Positions 8,546-17,618 of a stretch of DNA of 32,000 bases are shown here, one piece after another; the first letter of the stretch is position 1; each line of letters starts with the position of its first letter. The notes beneath the pieces are model-generated. The model saw only the letters and a list, made by a program, of their open reading frames with translations. It was not told the DNA's origin and ran no database searches. Both the position numbers and the translations under genes were made by a program. Origin of the DNA: Erysipelotrichaceae bacterium (GTDB lineage Bacteria; Bacillota_I; Bacilli_A; Erysipelotrichales; Erysipelotrichaceae); assembly GCA_963663995.1 (NCBI GenBank), contig OY760660.1, positions 480,001 through 512,000 of the forward strand, written 5' to 3'.

Positions 8546-8752
8546 ATGATGGAAAATATAAAATGTTTGCATTGCGGAAACGAAAGAGATTTTATTGAAG
8601 GAAAACAGAATGGATATGGAAGTATTATGTTTTCTGCTTTTAAAACGAGAGCCCCTATTCATGTTGTTTGTCTTAATTGTGGGACAATAGTACGTTCGTA
8701 TGTTTCAAAAATCGAGAAATTAAGACCTAAATCATCAAAATATGAATTATAA
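8546..8752 (+). CDS. Small zinc-ribbon protein (uncharacterised)
   Basis: Two CxxC pairs (CLHCG ... CLNCG) about 40 residues apart. GAGGA at 8537-8541 sits before ATG 8546/8549. The ORF-track GTG start at 8519 is probably an over-extension. Confidence 0.6.
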   Translation: MMENIKCLHCGNERDFIEGKQNGYGSIMFSAFKTRAPIHVVCLNCGTIVRSYVSKIEKLRPKSSKYEL

Positions 8753-8785
8753 AAGCGTAGTTACCCTTCTAACTACGCTTTTTTT
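8752..8785. terminator. Bidirectional rho-independent terminator between convergent genes
   Basis: Stem AAAGCGTAGTT (8752-8762) / AACTACGCTTT (8771-8781) with an 8-nt loop. The T-run extends to 8785 on the plus strand, and AAAA (8751-8754) gives U's on the minus strand. It lies between the Zn-ribbon stop (8752) and the deoB stop (8802). Confidence 0.85.
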
Positions 8786-8801
8786 AAATTTTATAAGTTA
8801 A

Positions 8802-9980
8802 TTATTTAAGGTCATTTAAATAAGAAATACCATATTCGGTTTGTTTAACACCAAAGTTATCTGCAATAGTCTTACCAATGGAGCCAAAACTATCTTCTAA
8901 CAGTAAACCAGAACCTTTTAAGGATGGTGAATACATTAATAATGGTATTAGTTCGCGTGTATGATCTGTTCCTGAGTAGGTTGGGTCATTACCATGGTCG
9001 GCAGTTAATATCACTAGATCGTCATCTTTCATATTAGCCATAAATTCACCTAATTGACGATCAAACAATTCAATTTCTTTTGCATAACCTTGAGGATTTC
9101 GACGATGTCCCCATAAAGCATCAAAATCAACTAAGTTAACGAAGCAAAGACCTGTAAAGTCTTTTTCTTGCAGTTTAATTGTAATATTCATACCATCTTC
9201 GTTTGATTTAGACTTGTAAGCTTCTGTGACACCCTGTTTATCAAAGATATCATTAATCTTACCAACTGAAATCATATCGAATCCAGCATCTTTTAACTCA
9301 TCAAGCGTTGTACGACCAAAAGGTTTTAATGCGTAATCATGACGGTTTGAAGTACGTTTAAACTCCCCTACTTTTTCACCGATAAATGGTCGAGCAATAA
9401 TACGTCCAACCTTCCATTCTTCTTTCATGGTGATTTCACGCGCAATTTCGCAACAACGATAGAGTTCTTCTAATCCAAAGTGTTCTTCATGAGCAGCAAT
9501 TTGTAAAACTGAATCTGCTGAGGTATAGACAATCATTTTATTTGATTTAATATGCTCTTCACCTAGTTCATCAAGAATTACTGTACCACTTGATGATTTA
9601 TTGCCTAAGTATCCATGACCAGTTCTTTTTGTTAGTTCATCAAGTAAATCTTGAGGAAAACCAGTTTCCGTAAAGGTTTGAAATGGTTCTGTGATTTTTA
9701 AACCCATGATTTCCCAATGGCCAGTCATTGTATCTTTACCATTAGAAATTTCATGAAGTTTTGTGTAATAAGCTAATGGACTTTGAGCAACTTCTACATG
9801 TTTTAAGGGATGTAAATTAGATATCCCTAGTTTTTGTAGGTTAGGAATCGTGAATGAATCAACTGATTCAGCAATATGACCGAAGGTATCTGAACCTAAA
9901 TCATTAAAGTCAGCCGCATCAGCTGCAGCCCCTACACCCAGTGAATCCATCACGATGGTAAAAATTCTTTTGTATTTCAT
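8802..9980 (-). CDS. deoB: Phosphopentomutase
   Basis: 392 aa with the conserved MDSLGVG, TGHWE and ADHGNDPT blocks of DeoB/Drm. Confidence 0.93.
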   Translation of the reverse strand: MKYKRIFTIVMDSLGVGAAADAADFNDLGSDTFGHIAESVDSFTIPNLQKLGISNLHPLKHVEVAQSPLAYYTKLHEISNGKDTMTGHWEIMGLKITEPFQTFTETGFPQDLLDELTKRTGHGYLGNKSSSGTVILDELGEEHIKSNKMIVYTSADSVLQIAAHEEHFGLEELYRCCEIAREITMKEEWKVGRIIARPFIGEKVGEFKRTSNRHDYALKPFGRTTLDELKDAGFDMISVGKINDIFDKQGVTEAYKSKSNEDGMNITIKLQEKDFTGLCFVNLVDFDALWGHRRNPQGYAKEIELFDRQLGEFMANMKDDDLVILTADHGNDPTYSGTDHTRELIPLLMYSPSLKGSGLLLEDSFGSIGKTIADNFGVKQTEYGISYLNDLK

Positions 9981-10870
9981 ATTTTGTCTCCTTTTTTATT
10001 TAATGGATGAAATTGATCATATGAATCATGAATACGCTTTTTATTAATATGCGTATAGATTTGAGTGGTTGAAATATCACTGTGACCTAAGAGTTCTTGA
10101 ACCGTTCTTAAATCAGCACCCCCTTCTAATAATGAGGTTGCAAAACAATGTCTTAAGGTATGCGGAGAAAGCCCTTCCATAATTCCAATTTCTTTACCTT
10201 TTGAGACTAACATAGAATAGACATATTGTCTTGTTATACGCTTACCATTTGGTTTTACAAAAATGTAAGAATGTTTTTGTTTTAACCAGTTAATACGATC
10301 TTTTTGAATATAATCTTTTAAATTATTGCGGGTGATATCTGCCATTGGAACAACGCGTTCTTTTTGACCTTTACCAAGAATTCTAAGAATTCCTTCCTCT
10401 AAAAAAACTTGATTAAATTGTAAATCAACCAGTTCTGATACGCGTAAACCACAACTATATAAGCAATCAATCATAACCGTATGGAATAAATCAATTGGAT
10501 TAGGTCCAATCGTTAATAATTGATCTATTTTGTCACTTGGTAAAGTATGTGGTAATCGTTTAATTTGTTTAATGGATCGCATATTTAAACTAGGATTATA
10601 TTCAAGATCATATTTCTCTTCACAAAATAAATAGAAATGTTTGATCGATGATATTAAGCGTAAAACAGATGCATTACTTTTTTCTATCGAAACTTCTAAG
10701 ATAAAATCATTGAGTTGATGGGTATTTAATTGATCAACTGTTGATTCATCAAAAAAAGCTTGTAAAGACTTGATATCTGAACAATAAGCTAAAGCTGTTT
10801 GTTTAGATTTCATCTCTACACTTAATAAATAAGATTTAAAATCGTTAATACTTTCACTAAAGTCAATCAT
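9977..10870 (-). CDS. xerD: Tyrosine recombinase XerD (chromosome dimer resolution)
   Basis: R...HxLRH...[15 protein letters not shown] catalytic signature. 297 aa. ATGA-type overlaps with both neighbours inside a housekeeping operon, next to deoB as in Bacillus (ripX-drm). Confidence 0.85.
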   Translation of the reverse strand: MIDFSESINDFKSYLLSVEMKSKQTALAYCSDIKSLQAFFDESTVDQLNTHQLNDFILEVSIEKSNASVLRLISSIKHFYLFCEEKYDLEYNPSLNMRSIKQIKRLPHTLPSDKIDQLLTIGPNPIDLFHTVMIDCLYSCGLRVSELVDLQFNQVFLEEGILRILGKGQKERVVPMADITRNNLKDYIQKDRINWLKQKHSYIFVKPNGKRITRQYVYSMLVSKGKEIGIMEGLSPHTLRHCFATSLLEGGADLRTVQELLGHSDISTTQIYTHINKKRIHDSYDQFHPLNKKGDKI

Positions 10871-12519
10871 CGATTTGATTCTGCGCTACTGAGTAATTCT
10901 TCAGCAGCATTTAAACTATGCTCAGATTGAGTTCCACTTAAGATATTGGATAATTCTTGAACTCTTTCTTGTCGATTTAAATGATTAATGGAAGATTGTG
11001 TTCGACTTGTATCTTGTTGTTTAAAGACAACATAGTGTTCATTTCCATATGCGGCTACTTGAGCTAAGTGTGTTACGGAAAAGACTTGCGCAAATGCACT
11101 CATTTCAAGCATTTTTTGACCGATGGAAGTTGCGACACGTCCTGAAACACCGGCATCAATTTCATCGAATATAACTGTTTCAATGGATTGTAGATGATTA
11201 AAAACAACTTTAAGTCCCAACATTAGACGCGATAATTCACCACCTGATGCGACTTTAATTAATGGCTTTAATTCTTCACCAGGATTCATGGAGATTAAAA
11301 ACTCAACTTGATCAATCCCTGTACTATTACCTTCAAACAAACTAAATTGAATCTTAAATTGTGCTTTTTCAAGATAAAGATCACGAATATGGTTCAAAAC
11401 AGCGTTTTCTAGCTCTATAGCACGCTTTTGACGATGATTTGATAATTCAGTAGCCTTTACGTAAAAGATGTCATATAAGCGCTTCTTTTCTTTTTCTAAA
11501 CGTTCAATTACCTCAAATCGATTCTCAATAAGTTCAATACGACTCAATAAATCGCTTTGTGTTTCTAAGATTGCTTCAATCGATGTACCAAACTTCTTTT
11601 TCAATTTAGAAATCAAAAACAAACGTTCTTGAATTGAATTTACTTCATATTCATCAAAATAAACTTCATCTTGAAGGGCTTCAATGCTTAAGAAAAGTTC
11701 ATTAAATTCATGATAAAAATTAGTGAGTTGATCACTGATGGCAGGTGCTTGATCAATATTCTCTAAAGCATTTAAATGACGCAAAGCTTCATGCAAGCGA
11801 ACACTGACATTATCCCCTTCATCCAGTGAATTTATCGCAGCATTTAAATGAGTATTATTTTTTTCAAAAGCCATCATTGCTTTTTGTTTTTCTTCTAATA
11901 TCTCATCTTCGCCGATTTCTAGGTTTGCTTCCTCTATTTCTTTGACTTGAAATTGCAGATATTCGAGTTCATCAGGATTAAGTTCATTACTTTGTTTATT
12001 GGCTAAATCATCAGAAACTTTTTTATAAGCTTTATAAGCTTCTTTAACATCATTTAAAAGTTGATCTGTTTGAAAAGCATCAAGAAGTGATAAATGATGC
12101 TTAGTGTTTAAAAGATATTGTGTATCATGTTGAGAATGAATATCGACTAAGTTTTCACCTAATGCTCGTAATAAAGAAACAGTTACAGTTTTACCATTGA
12201 TTCGAGCAATACCTCTTCCTTCACGGTTTAGTTCACGAACAATAATCAATGGATCTTCACTTAAATCAATTCCATTTTCTTTTAACAAATCGATATTTCT
12301 AGTATCATTCGTCTCAAAAACAGCTTCTATATAAGCTTTGTCTTGATCATGACGTATTAAATCCGTAGTGAATCGATCGCCACATATTATTCCAATTGCA
12401 TCAATTAAGATAGACTTCCCTGCCCCAGTTTCGCCTGTAAAGACAGAAAAACCTGAAGTAAAGTCTAATGATAATGAATTGATTAATACATAATTTTCAA
12501 TTTTTAGTGATCTTAGCAT
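10867..12519 (-). CDS. recN: DNA repair protein RecN
   Basis: SMC-like protein with N-terminal Walker A GETGAGKS, a long coiled coil and the C-terminal signature ASGGELSRLMLG plus Walker B IFDEID. Confidence 0.93.
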   Translation of the reverse strand: MLRSLKIENYVLINSLSLDFTSGFSVFTGETGAGKSILIDAIGIICGDRFTTDLIRHDQDKAYIEAVFETNDTRNIDLLKENGIDLSEDPLIIVRELNREGRGIARINGKTVTVSLLRALGENLVDIHSQHDTQYLLNTKHHLSLLDAFQTDQLLNDVKEAYKAYKKVSDDLANKQSNELNPDELEYLQFQVKEIEEANLEIGEDEILEEKQKAMMAFEKNNTHLNAAINSLDEGDNVSVRLHEALRHLNALENIDQAPAISDQLTNFYHEFNELFLSIEALQDEVYFDEYEVNSIQERLFLISKLKKKFGTSIEAILETQSDLLSRIELIENRFEVIERLEKEKKRLYDIFYVKATELSNHRQKRAIELENAVLNHIRDLYLEKAQFKIQFSLFEGNSTGIDQVEFLISMNPGEELKPLIKVASGGELSRLMLGLKVVFNHLQSIETVIFDEIDAGVSGRVATSIGQKMLEMSAFAQVFSVTHLAQVAAYGNEHYVVFKQQDTSRTQSSINHLNRQERVQELSNILSGTQSEHSLNAAEELLSSAESNR

Positions 12520-12521
12520 AC

Positions 12522-14420
12522 TTAATTATTGTCTCTGTTAATTGATTTTCCTATGCGCTTGCGCATAAATTGAGACATTTCCTCTAAAACATGATTTGTA
12601 TCAATACCTTCTTGAAGTCTGAGTTCACGAATAGATCCGTGAGTTACAAAGTGATCCCCAATACCAAGACGTTTGATTCTGACATTCTTCTGAATACTTT
12701 CATAATATTCTAGGATAGATGATCCAAAACCAGCTGCTAAAACATCACCTTCATAAGTCATGATAGGTAAAGCTGTCTTTTCCAACTGATTTAGAATTTT
12801 TGTATCTAAAGGTTTAATAAAACGAGCATTAACTACAACAATCTTTAACTTATTAGATTCAATCTTTTCAACTAAACGGTCCACCATAGGACCATTCGTT
12901 AAAATAATACCTTTTGCGGTTTTTAAATCACCAAAAATTTCCCAAGATCCAAGTGGGATTTCTTTAAATATTTCTACTTCTTCAAAGTAAGCAGAAGCTC
13001 TTGGATACCTTATCGCATACGCTTGATTTGATTTAAAAGCACTATATAAGATATTTTGTGCTTCTGTAGCATCTTTAGGCATCGCTAATACAAGATTTGG
13101 GACAGCCCTTAATAAGCCAACATCAAATACACCATGATGAGTTGCCCCATCTTCACCAACTAAACCTGCCCGATCAATCCCAATGACAACAGGACAATTC
13201 ATTCGTGCTATATCATGATTGATTTGATCATATGAACGTTGTAGAAAGGATGAATATAGAGAAATAAAAGGTTTAAAACCACTCAGTGCTAAAGCAGCCG
13301 CAAAAGTTGTCGCATGTTCTTCAGCAATACCTGTATCAAAACTTCTTTTTGGATATAAAGCAAAAAACTTATCTAATTTTGAACCTTGAACCATAGCAGG
13401 TGTTATCGCACATATTTTTTCATCTTCTTTCGCTAAACGAACAAGCGTTTCAGAAATAATTTGTGAAAACGATAAATGACCTTTTGGAAGTGCAATTAAA
13501 CTAGAACCACTATCTGGATCAAACTGAGAAACGCCGTGCCAAGATCCTTTTTCATCATTTTCAGAATGAGAGAAACCTTTTCCCTTCATTGTGATCGCAT
13601 GAATAAGCACAGGACCATCTTGTTCATTGGCACTATGTAATGCATCAAATAGTTCATTATATGAATGACCATTAATGGGTCCTAAATAAGTTAAACCTAA
13701 GTCAGTAAAAATGGAAGGTTCAATAACATTTCGTTTGATTGTTTCTTTCACATTAGACATACCCTTATAAACAATATGTCCTACTTTACTTTTCTCTAAA
13801 ACTTCTTTCATTTCTGTCTTTAATGAAGTATAAGGTGCACTATTTCTAAGTCTTGAAATGGAATGAGAGAAGGCGCCCACATTCTTTGAAATAGACATAT
13901 TGTTGTCATTTAAAATGATAATCATTTTTGGTTTTAAAGAACCAATATGATTAAGTGCTTCAAAGGATTCACCATTGGCAATTGAACCATCACCAATAAC
14001 GGTAATAACTTGTGTTTTTTCATTATTTAAATCACGCGCTATCGCAAAACCCATCGCTGCTGATAAAGAAGTCCCAGCATGACCAGCTTCCCATAAATCA
14101 TGGCTTGATTCTGATCTGTTTTGATAACCACTTAAGCCATTGAATTGTCTTAATTTATCAAAGCCATTTGCCCGTCCAGTTAATATTTTATGTACATATG
14201 ATTGATGTCCAACATCAAAAATAAGTTTATCCTCAGGTGAGTTAAACATCGCATGAATAGCAATGCTTATTTCAACAATACCCAGATTTGAGGATAAGTG
14301 ACCACCCGTTTTTGAAACGTTTTCAATTAAAAAAGAACGAATATCAGTCGCTAGTTGTCTTAATTGTGAGTAGGTCAAGTCTTTTAAGAAGGTAGGATCT
14401 TTAATATCATGTATGTTCAT
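12522..14420 (-). CDS. dxs: 1-deoxy-D-xylulose-5-phosphate synthase
   Basis: 632 aa with the TPP-binging GDG(S/A)...N motif (IGDGSIANGESFEALN), and the GHQSY and AEEHA blocks typical of Dxs. Confidence 0.93.
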   Translation of the reverse strand: MNIHDIKDPTFLKDLTYSQLRQLATDIRSFLIENVSKTGGHLSSNLGIVEISIAIHAMFNSPEDKLIFDVGHQSYVHKILTGRANGFDKLRQFNGLSGYQNRSESSHDLWEAGHAGTSLSAAMGFAIARDLNNEKTQVITVIGDGSIANGESFEALNHIGSLKPKMIIILNDNNMSISKNVGAFSHSISRLRNSAPYTSLKTEMKEVLEKSKVGHIVYKGMSNVKETIKRNVIEPSIFTDLGLTYLGPINGHSYNELFDALHSANEQDGPVLIHAITMKGKGFSHSENDEKGSWHGVSQFDPDSGSSLIALPKGHLSFSQIISETLVRLAKEDEKICAITPAMVQGSKLDKFFALYPKRSFDTGIAEEHATTFAAALALSGFKPFISLYSSFLQRSYDQINHDIARMNCPVVIGIDRAGLVGEDGATHHGVFDVGLLRAVPNLVLAMPKDATEAQNILYSAFKSNQAYAIRYPRASAYFEEVEIFKEIPLGSWEIFGDLKTAKGIILTNGPMVDRLVEKIESNKLKIVVVNARFIKPLDTKILNQLEKTALPIMTYEGDVLAAGFGSSILEYYESIQKNVRIKRLGIGDHFVTHGSIRELRLQEGIDTNHVLEEMSQFMRKRIGKSINRDNN

Positions 14421-14421
14421 A

Positions 14422-15282
14422 CTAATGTTTTCTATTTTGTACCTTGTCTATTACTGTCATTAAAGTTTCTGAATTCAAACGTAAATTAATTATATCACGC
14501 TTAAGAGAATCAAAACCCTGATTAAGTTTTGCTTCAGTTTCCTTTAATGAGTAACGTGATATCCATGTATATTTATGTGAATTTTGGTCACTATTAACAG
14601 GTTTACCAAGTGTTTCAAAATCACTTACAGCCTCAAGATAATCATCTTGAATTTGAAAAAGAATGCCTAGGTTTAAGCCACATTCATAAACTGAGTCTAA
14701 CTGATCAAAATCATTTTGTTGAATACGACCAAAGACTAATGCACAACCAAATAAAGCCCCTGTTTTCAAACGATAGAGTTCATTTAGTAAGTCATCGCTT
14801 AAATGGTGTTCTTGATCATTTAACATATCTAAATCTTGACCCATTACCATACCTGCTGCTCCTGCCGCTTTTGATAACCATTTGATCGCATGTACCTTTT
14901 GTTTGTCAGATAATTCTGAAGCACTTAGATGTTCAAATGCTTGCGTTAATAATCCATCACCTGCTAATAAAGCAAGTGCATCATTAAACTTTTTATGAGT
15001 TGTCAAACGTCCACGACGATAATCATCATTATCCATAATGGGTAAATCATCATGAATCAAAGAATAGGTATGTATCATTTCTAATGATGCTGCTAAAGCT
15101 AGAAGATTTTCATCATAATCAGTATTCTTAGAGCTAGCATAAACCAATTGAGGTCGAAAACGTTTACCTCCCCCAGCAAGTGCATAAACCATTGCTTCTT
15201 TAACTAAAGACTGAGGTAAATGATCTAAACAGCTTTTAAGATAATCATTAAATTGTTCAGTAAACTTATTCAGCATTGCCAT
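14422..15282 (-). CDS. ispA: Farnesyl/geranyl diphosphate synthase (short-chain trans-prenyltransferase)
   Basis: First aspartate-rich motif HDDLPIMDNDDYRRG and second motif FQIQDDYLE. Conserved xseB-ispA-dxs context. Confidence 0.9.
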   Translation of the reverse strand: MAMLNKFTEQFNDYLKSCLDHLPQSLVKEAMVYALAGGGKRFRPQLVYASSKNTDYDENLLALAASLEMIHTYSLIHDDLPIMDNDDYRRGRLTTHKKFNDALALLAGDGLLTQAFEHLSASELSDKQKVHAIKWLSKAAGAAGMVMGQDLDMLNDQEHHLSDDLLNELYRLKTGALFGCALVFGRIQQNDFDQLDSVYECGLNLGILFQIQDDYLEAVSDFETLGKPVNSDQNSHKYTWISRYSLKETEAKLNQGFDSLKRDIINLRLNSETLMTVIDKVQNRKH

Positions 15283-15475
15283 TGTACGCTTTCATTAATT
15301 CACCAACTTTATCTTCAAAATGCTTGAGTTGAGAATTACAATTTTTGATCAAGTCTAAACCTTCTTCAAAAAGTTCAATAGATGTTTCTAAATTACTTTC
15401 ATTTTGTTCAAGTTTTTCGACAATGTCACTTAATCGAAGCATCATTTCTTCAAAGTTCTTTTTTTCTTTTGTCAT
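15266..15475 (-). CDS. xseB: Exodeoxyribonuclease VII small subunit
   Basis: 69-aa helical protein (FEEMMLRLSDIVEKLE..L.LE.SIELFEEG) located directly after xseA. Confidence 0.88.
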   Translation of the reverse strand: MTKEKKNFEEMMLRLSDIVEKLEQNESNLETSIELFEEGLDLIKNCNSQLKHFEDKVGELMKAYNGNAE

Positions 15476-16809
15476 TATTTTGGCTCCTTAGTGTGTACTT
15501 TAGTTTTTAAATAACCATCTTTTAAACGAATATTAATTTCATCATCCACATTTACTTGTTCTATCGATTGAACAAGTTGATTTTCTTTATAGGTTAAACT
15601 ATAACCTCTTTCTAAAGAATTCAATGGTGAGTATGCATTCGCTAATGCGACATGATGACGAAACTGTTCTTTCTTCTTATCTAATATTATTCGTATTAAT
15701 CGATTCAAATCTGTATGATATGTACTTAATTGATTTTTTTGCTTCTGCGATATTTGACTAAATTGATAACGAAGCTGTTGACTCAATATTTCAATTTGTT
15801 TTTGTAAACTTGAAACATCTTGCGCACTGTTCAACATTCTATGTCTTAGTAAATCTAAATGAATACGATATTGATTAGATTTAAGCTCAGGACTACGAAT
15901 AAATGCTTGATGTTTGATGAGTTCTAATTGATCTTGTTTTTGTTTAAGCTGAGATTGAATACTCTTATCTAATCTTTGAGATTTCTGTTTTAGATCAACT
16001 AAGACATCATTAATATCTGGTAGAACTGTTTGCATTGCTTGGGTTGGGGTTGCAGCCCGTATATCAGCAACATAATCAACAATCGTTGTATCACTTTCAT
16101 GACCAACACCAGTGATGATAGGTGTCTTTAAAGAATAGATACAATGAGCAAGTGCTTCATCATTAAATGCCCATAAATCTTCAATAGATCCACCACCACG
16201 AGCTAGTATAATTACATCACAATTATTTTGATCTGCTTCCTTTAATGATTTGACCATTTGTGCAGCTGCATTGGTTCCTTGAACTAAAGTTTCGTATAGA
16301 ACTAGTTCAACCAATGGCCATCTTAAATGAGCCATTTTAAACATATCTTGTAAAGCTGCTGATTTCGCCCCAGTTATAACTGCAATTCGATTGGGGTATT
16401 TAGGCAAAACTTTTTTATGACTAGGATCAAATAAACCTAATTCAAAAAGTTTCTTTTTAAGTTTCTCATATTGAATAAATAAATTTCCTAATCCTACATT
16501 TTGCATACTAAAGACATTACATTGAACACTTCCTTGTAATGCATAGACAGAGATACTTGCCCTTAAAAGAACCTGATCCCCTTCTTTTGGTTTAAAATCA
16601 ACACTTGATGCGTATGATCCAAACATGACGCAATTCATTTTAGATTTATCATCTTTAATCGAGAAATACCAATGACCATTTCGATGTGCGGTAAAGTTAG
16701 AAATCTCCCCTTTCACATAAAAAGCCCGTAAGCCATCGTTAAACTCTAAAGTTTGCTTAATGAGTGATATTAAATCACTGACACTAAATACGTTTTGGCT
16801 CATAGGCAT
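15475..16809 (-). CDS. xseA: Exodeoxyribonuclease VII large subunit
   Basis: N-terminal OB fold (V.GEISNF..H.NGHWYFS.KD), catalytic core (ARGGGS.EDLW.FN) and a coiled-coil C-terminus. Confidence 0.92.
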   Translation of the reverse strand: MPMSQNVFSVSDLISLIKQTLEFNDGLRAFYVKGEISNFTAHRNGHWYFSIKDDKSKMNCVMFGSYASSVDFKPKEGDQVLLRASISVYALQGSVQCNVFSMQNVGLGNLFIQYEKLKKKLFELGLFDPSHKKVLPKYPNRIAVITGAKSAALQDMFKMAHLRWPLVELVLYETLVQGTNAAAQMVKSLKEADQNNCDVIILARGGGSIEDLWAFNDEALAHCIYSLKTPIITGVGHESDTTIVDYVADIRAATPTQAMQTVLPDINDVLVDLKQKSQRLDKSIQSQLKQKQDQLELIKHQAFIRSPELKSNQYRIHLDLLRHRMLNSAQDVSSLQKQIEILSQQLRYQFSQISQKQKNQLSTYHTDLNRLIRIILDKKKEQFRHHVALANAYSPLNSLERGYSLTYKENQLVQSIEQVNVDDEINIRLKDGYLKTKVHTKEPK

Positions 16810-17194
16810 CTAAAACTGCATTAATATAAGAATAAGAAGATTCATCAGCATAAAGTTTAGTTAAACGAATGGCTTCATCAATAATGACGGCTTTATCATC
16901 AGCAGCAAGATCCATTTCAACTAATGCTAATAAAAGAATCGCTTGTTCAACATAAGATAGTCTTTCAAATGTCCAATTCTTTAAGCGTTGATTAATAGAA
17001 ACAATGTACTCATCTTCATGAAGTTCTAAATGATTTAAAACATCTAGAATATAAGTTGTTCCATTCGGGCTCATTAACTTGCCTTCTTCTACAATCAATT
17101 GAAAAATTGGCTTTGAAATAACCAAGTGAGAGTAGATATATTTCATGACACGTTTTCTTAAATCATGTCGTTTACTAATTGCTTTTCGTTCCAT
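16784..17194 (-). CDS. nusB: Transcription antitermination factor NusB
   Basis: 136 aa with a NusB-like helical pattern (ER.IL..A..E........VIIDEAI.L.K.Y). Conserved asp23-nusB-xseA context. Confidence 0.85.
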   Translation of the reverse strand: MERKAISKRHDLRKRVMKYIYSHLVISKPIFQLIVEEGKLMSPNGTTYILDVLNHLELHEDEYIVSINQRLKNWTFERLSYVEQAILLLALVEMDLAADDKAVIIDEAIRLTKLYADESSYSYINAVLDAYEPKRI

Positions 17195-17220
17195 ATCGTT
17201 TAAATCCTACCACATTCCAT

Positions 17221-17243
17221 GAAAAAACGCCCTATTGGGCGTT
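17221..17243 (-). terminator. Intrinsic terminator/attenuator overlapping the asp23 stop codon
   Basis: On the minus strand, AACGCCC-AAUA-GGGCGUU followed by UUUUC. The stop codon UAG lies in the loop and stem. Confidence 0.6.
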
Positions 17244-17573
17244 AAAATAAAAACCATCAACCTTAATATTGATACGATCGCATTTAAATCCGGTCATATA
17301 TTCAATGTTTTGGGCTATCTTTTCTTGAACACTCTTTGTTACTTCATTCACATTTTGGCCGTAAAGAACCTTTATAGCTAAGTCGATAATTAAATCATTA
17401 TCTTTGATTTTAGCGTGTAAATCCTTTTCTCCACGTCTTTCGATTAAATCAAGGTTTTCAACTTCATCGCAGGCATTAACCGCAATCATATTGAAGACTT
17501 GTTTTTGAATGTGAACTTCTCCGTATTTATTTTGTTCACTGAGTAAAATAAAATCCTGTGTTTGTGTTTTCAT
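17232..17573 (-). CDS. Asp23/Gls24-family alkaline shock protein
   Basis: 113 aa with the Asp23-like pattern (GEV.I...V...IA..A..EV....) and a YqhY-like position upstream of nusB. ATG at 17573 is preferred over the TTG at 17576 reported by the ORF track. Confidence 0.8.
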   Translation of the reverse strand: MKTQTQDFILLSEQNKYGEVHIQKQVFNMIAVNACDEVENLDLIERRGEKDLHAKIKDNDLIIDLAIKVLYGQNVNEVTKSVQEKIAQNIEYMTGFKCDRINIKVDGFYFNAQ

Positions 17574-17580
17574 CAAAGAA

Positions 17581-17589
17581 ATTATAGCA
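17581..17589 (-). promoter_or_regulatory. Extended -10 element (TGcTATAAT) 7 nt upstream of the asp23 ATG
   Basis: The minus strand reads CCTGTGCTATAAT-TTCTTTG-ATG, with no Shine-Dalgarno sequence in between. The -35 region is weak. Confidence 0.5.
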
Positions 17590-17618
17590 CAGGATTGTAT
17601 TTTTTAGACTATTTTAAC

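Noticed and set aside
9977-10870. Tyrosine recombinase as a possible integrase marking a mobile element
   Set aside because: It has XerD-type motifs, a length of about 297 aa and start/stop overlaps with recN and deoB inside a conserved housekeeping operon. There are no flanking repeats, att-like sites or phage genes.
14610-14885. 91-aa plus-strand ORF inside ispA
   Set aside because: It is antisense to a CDS with clear prenyltransferase motifs.
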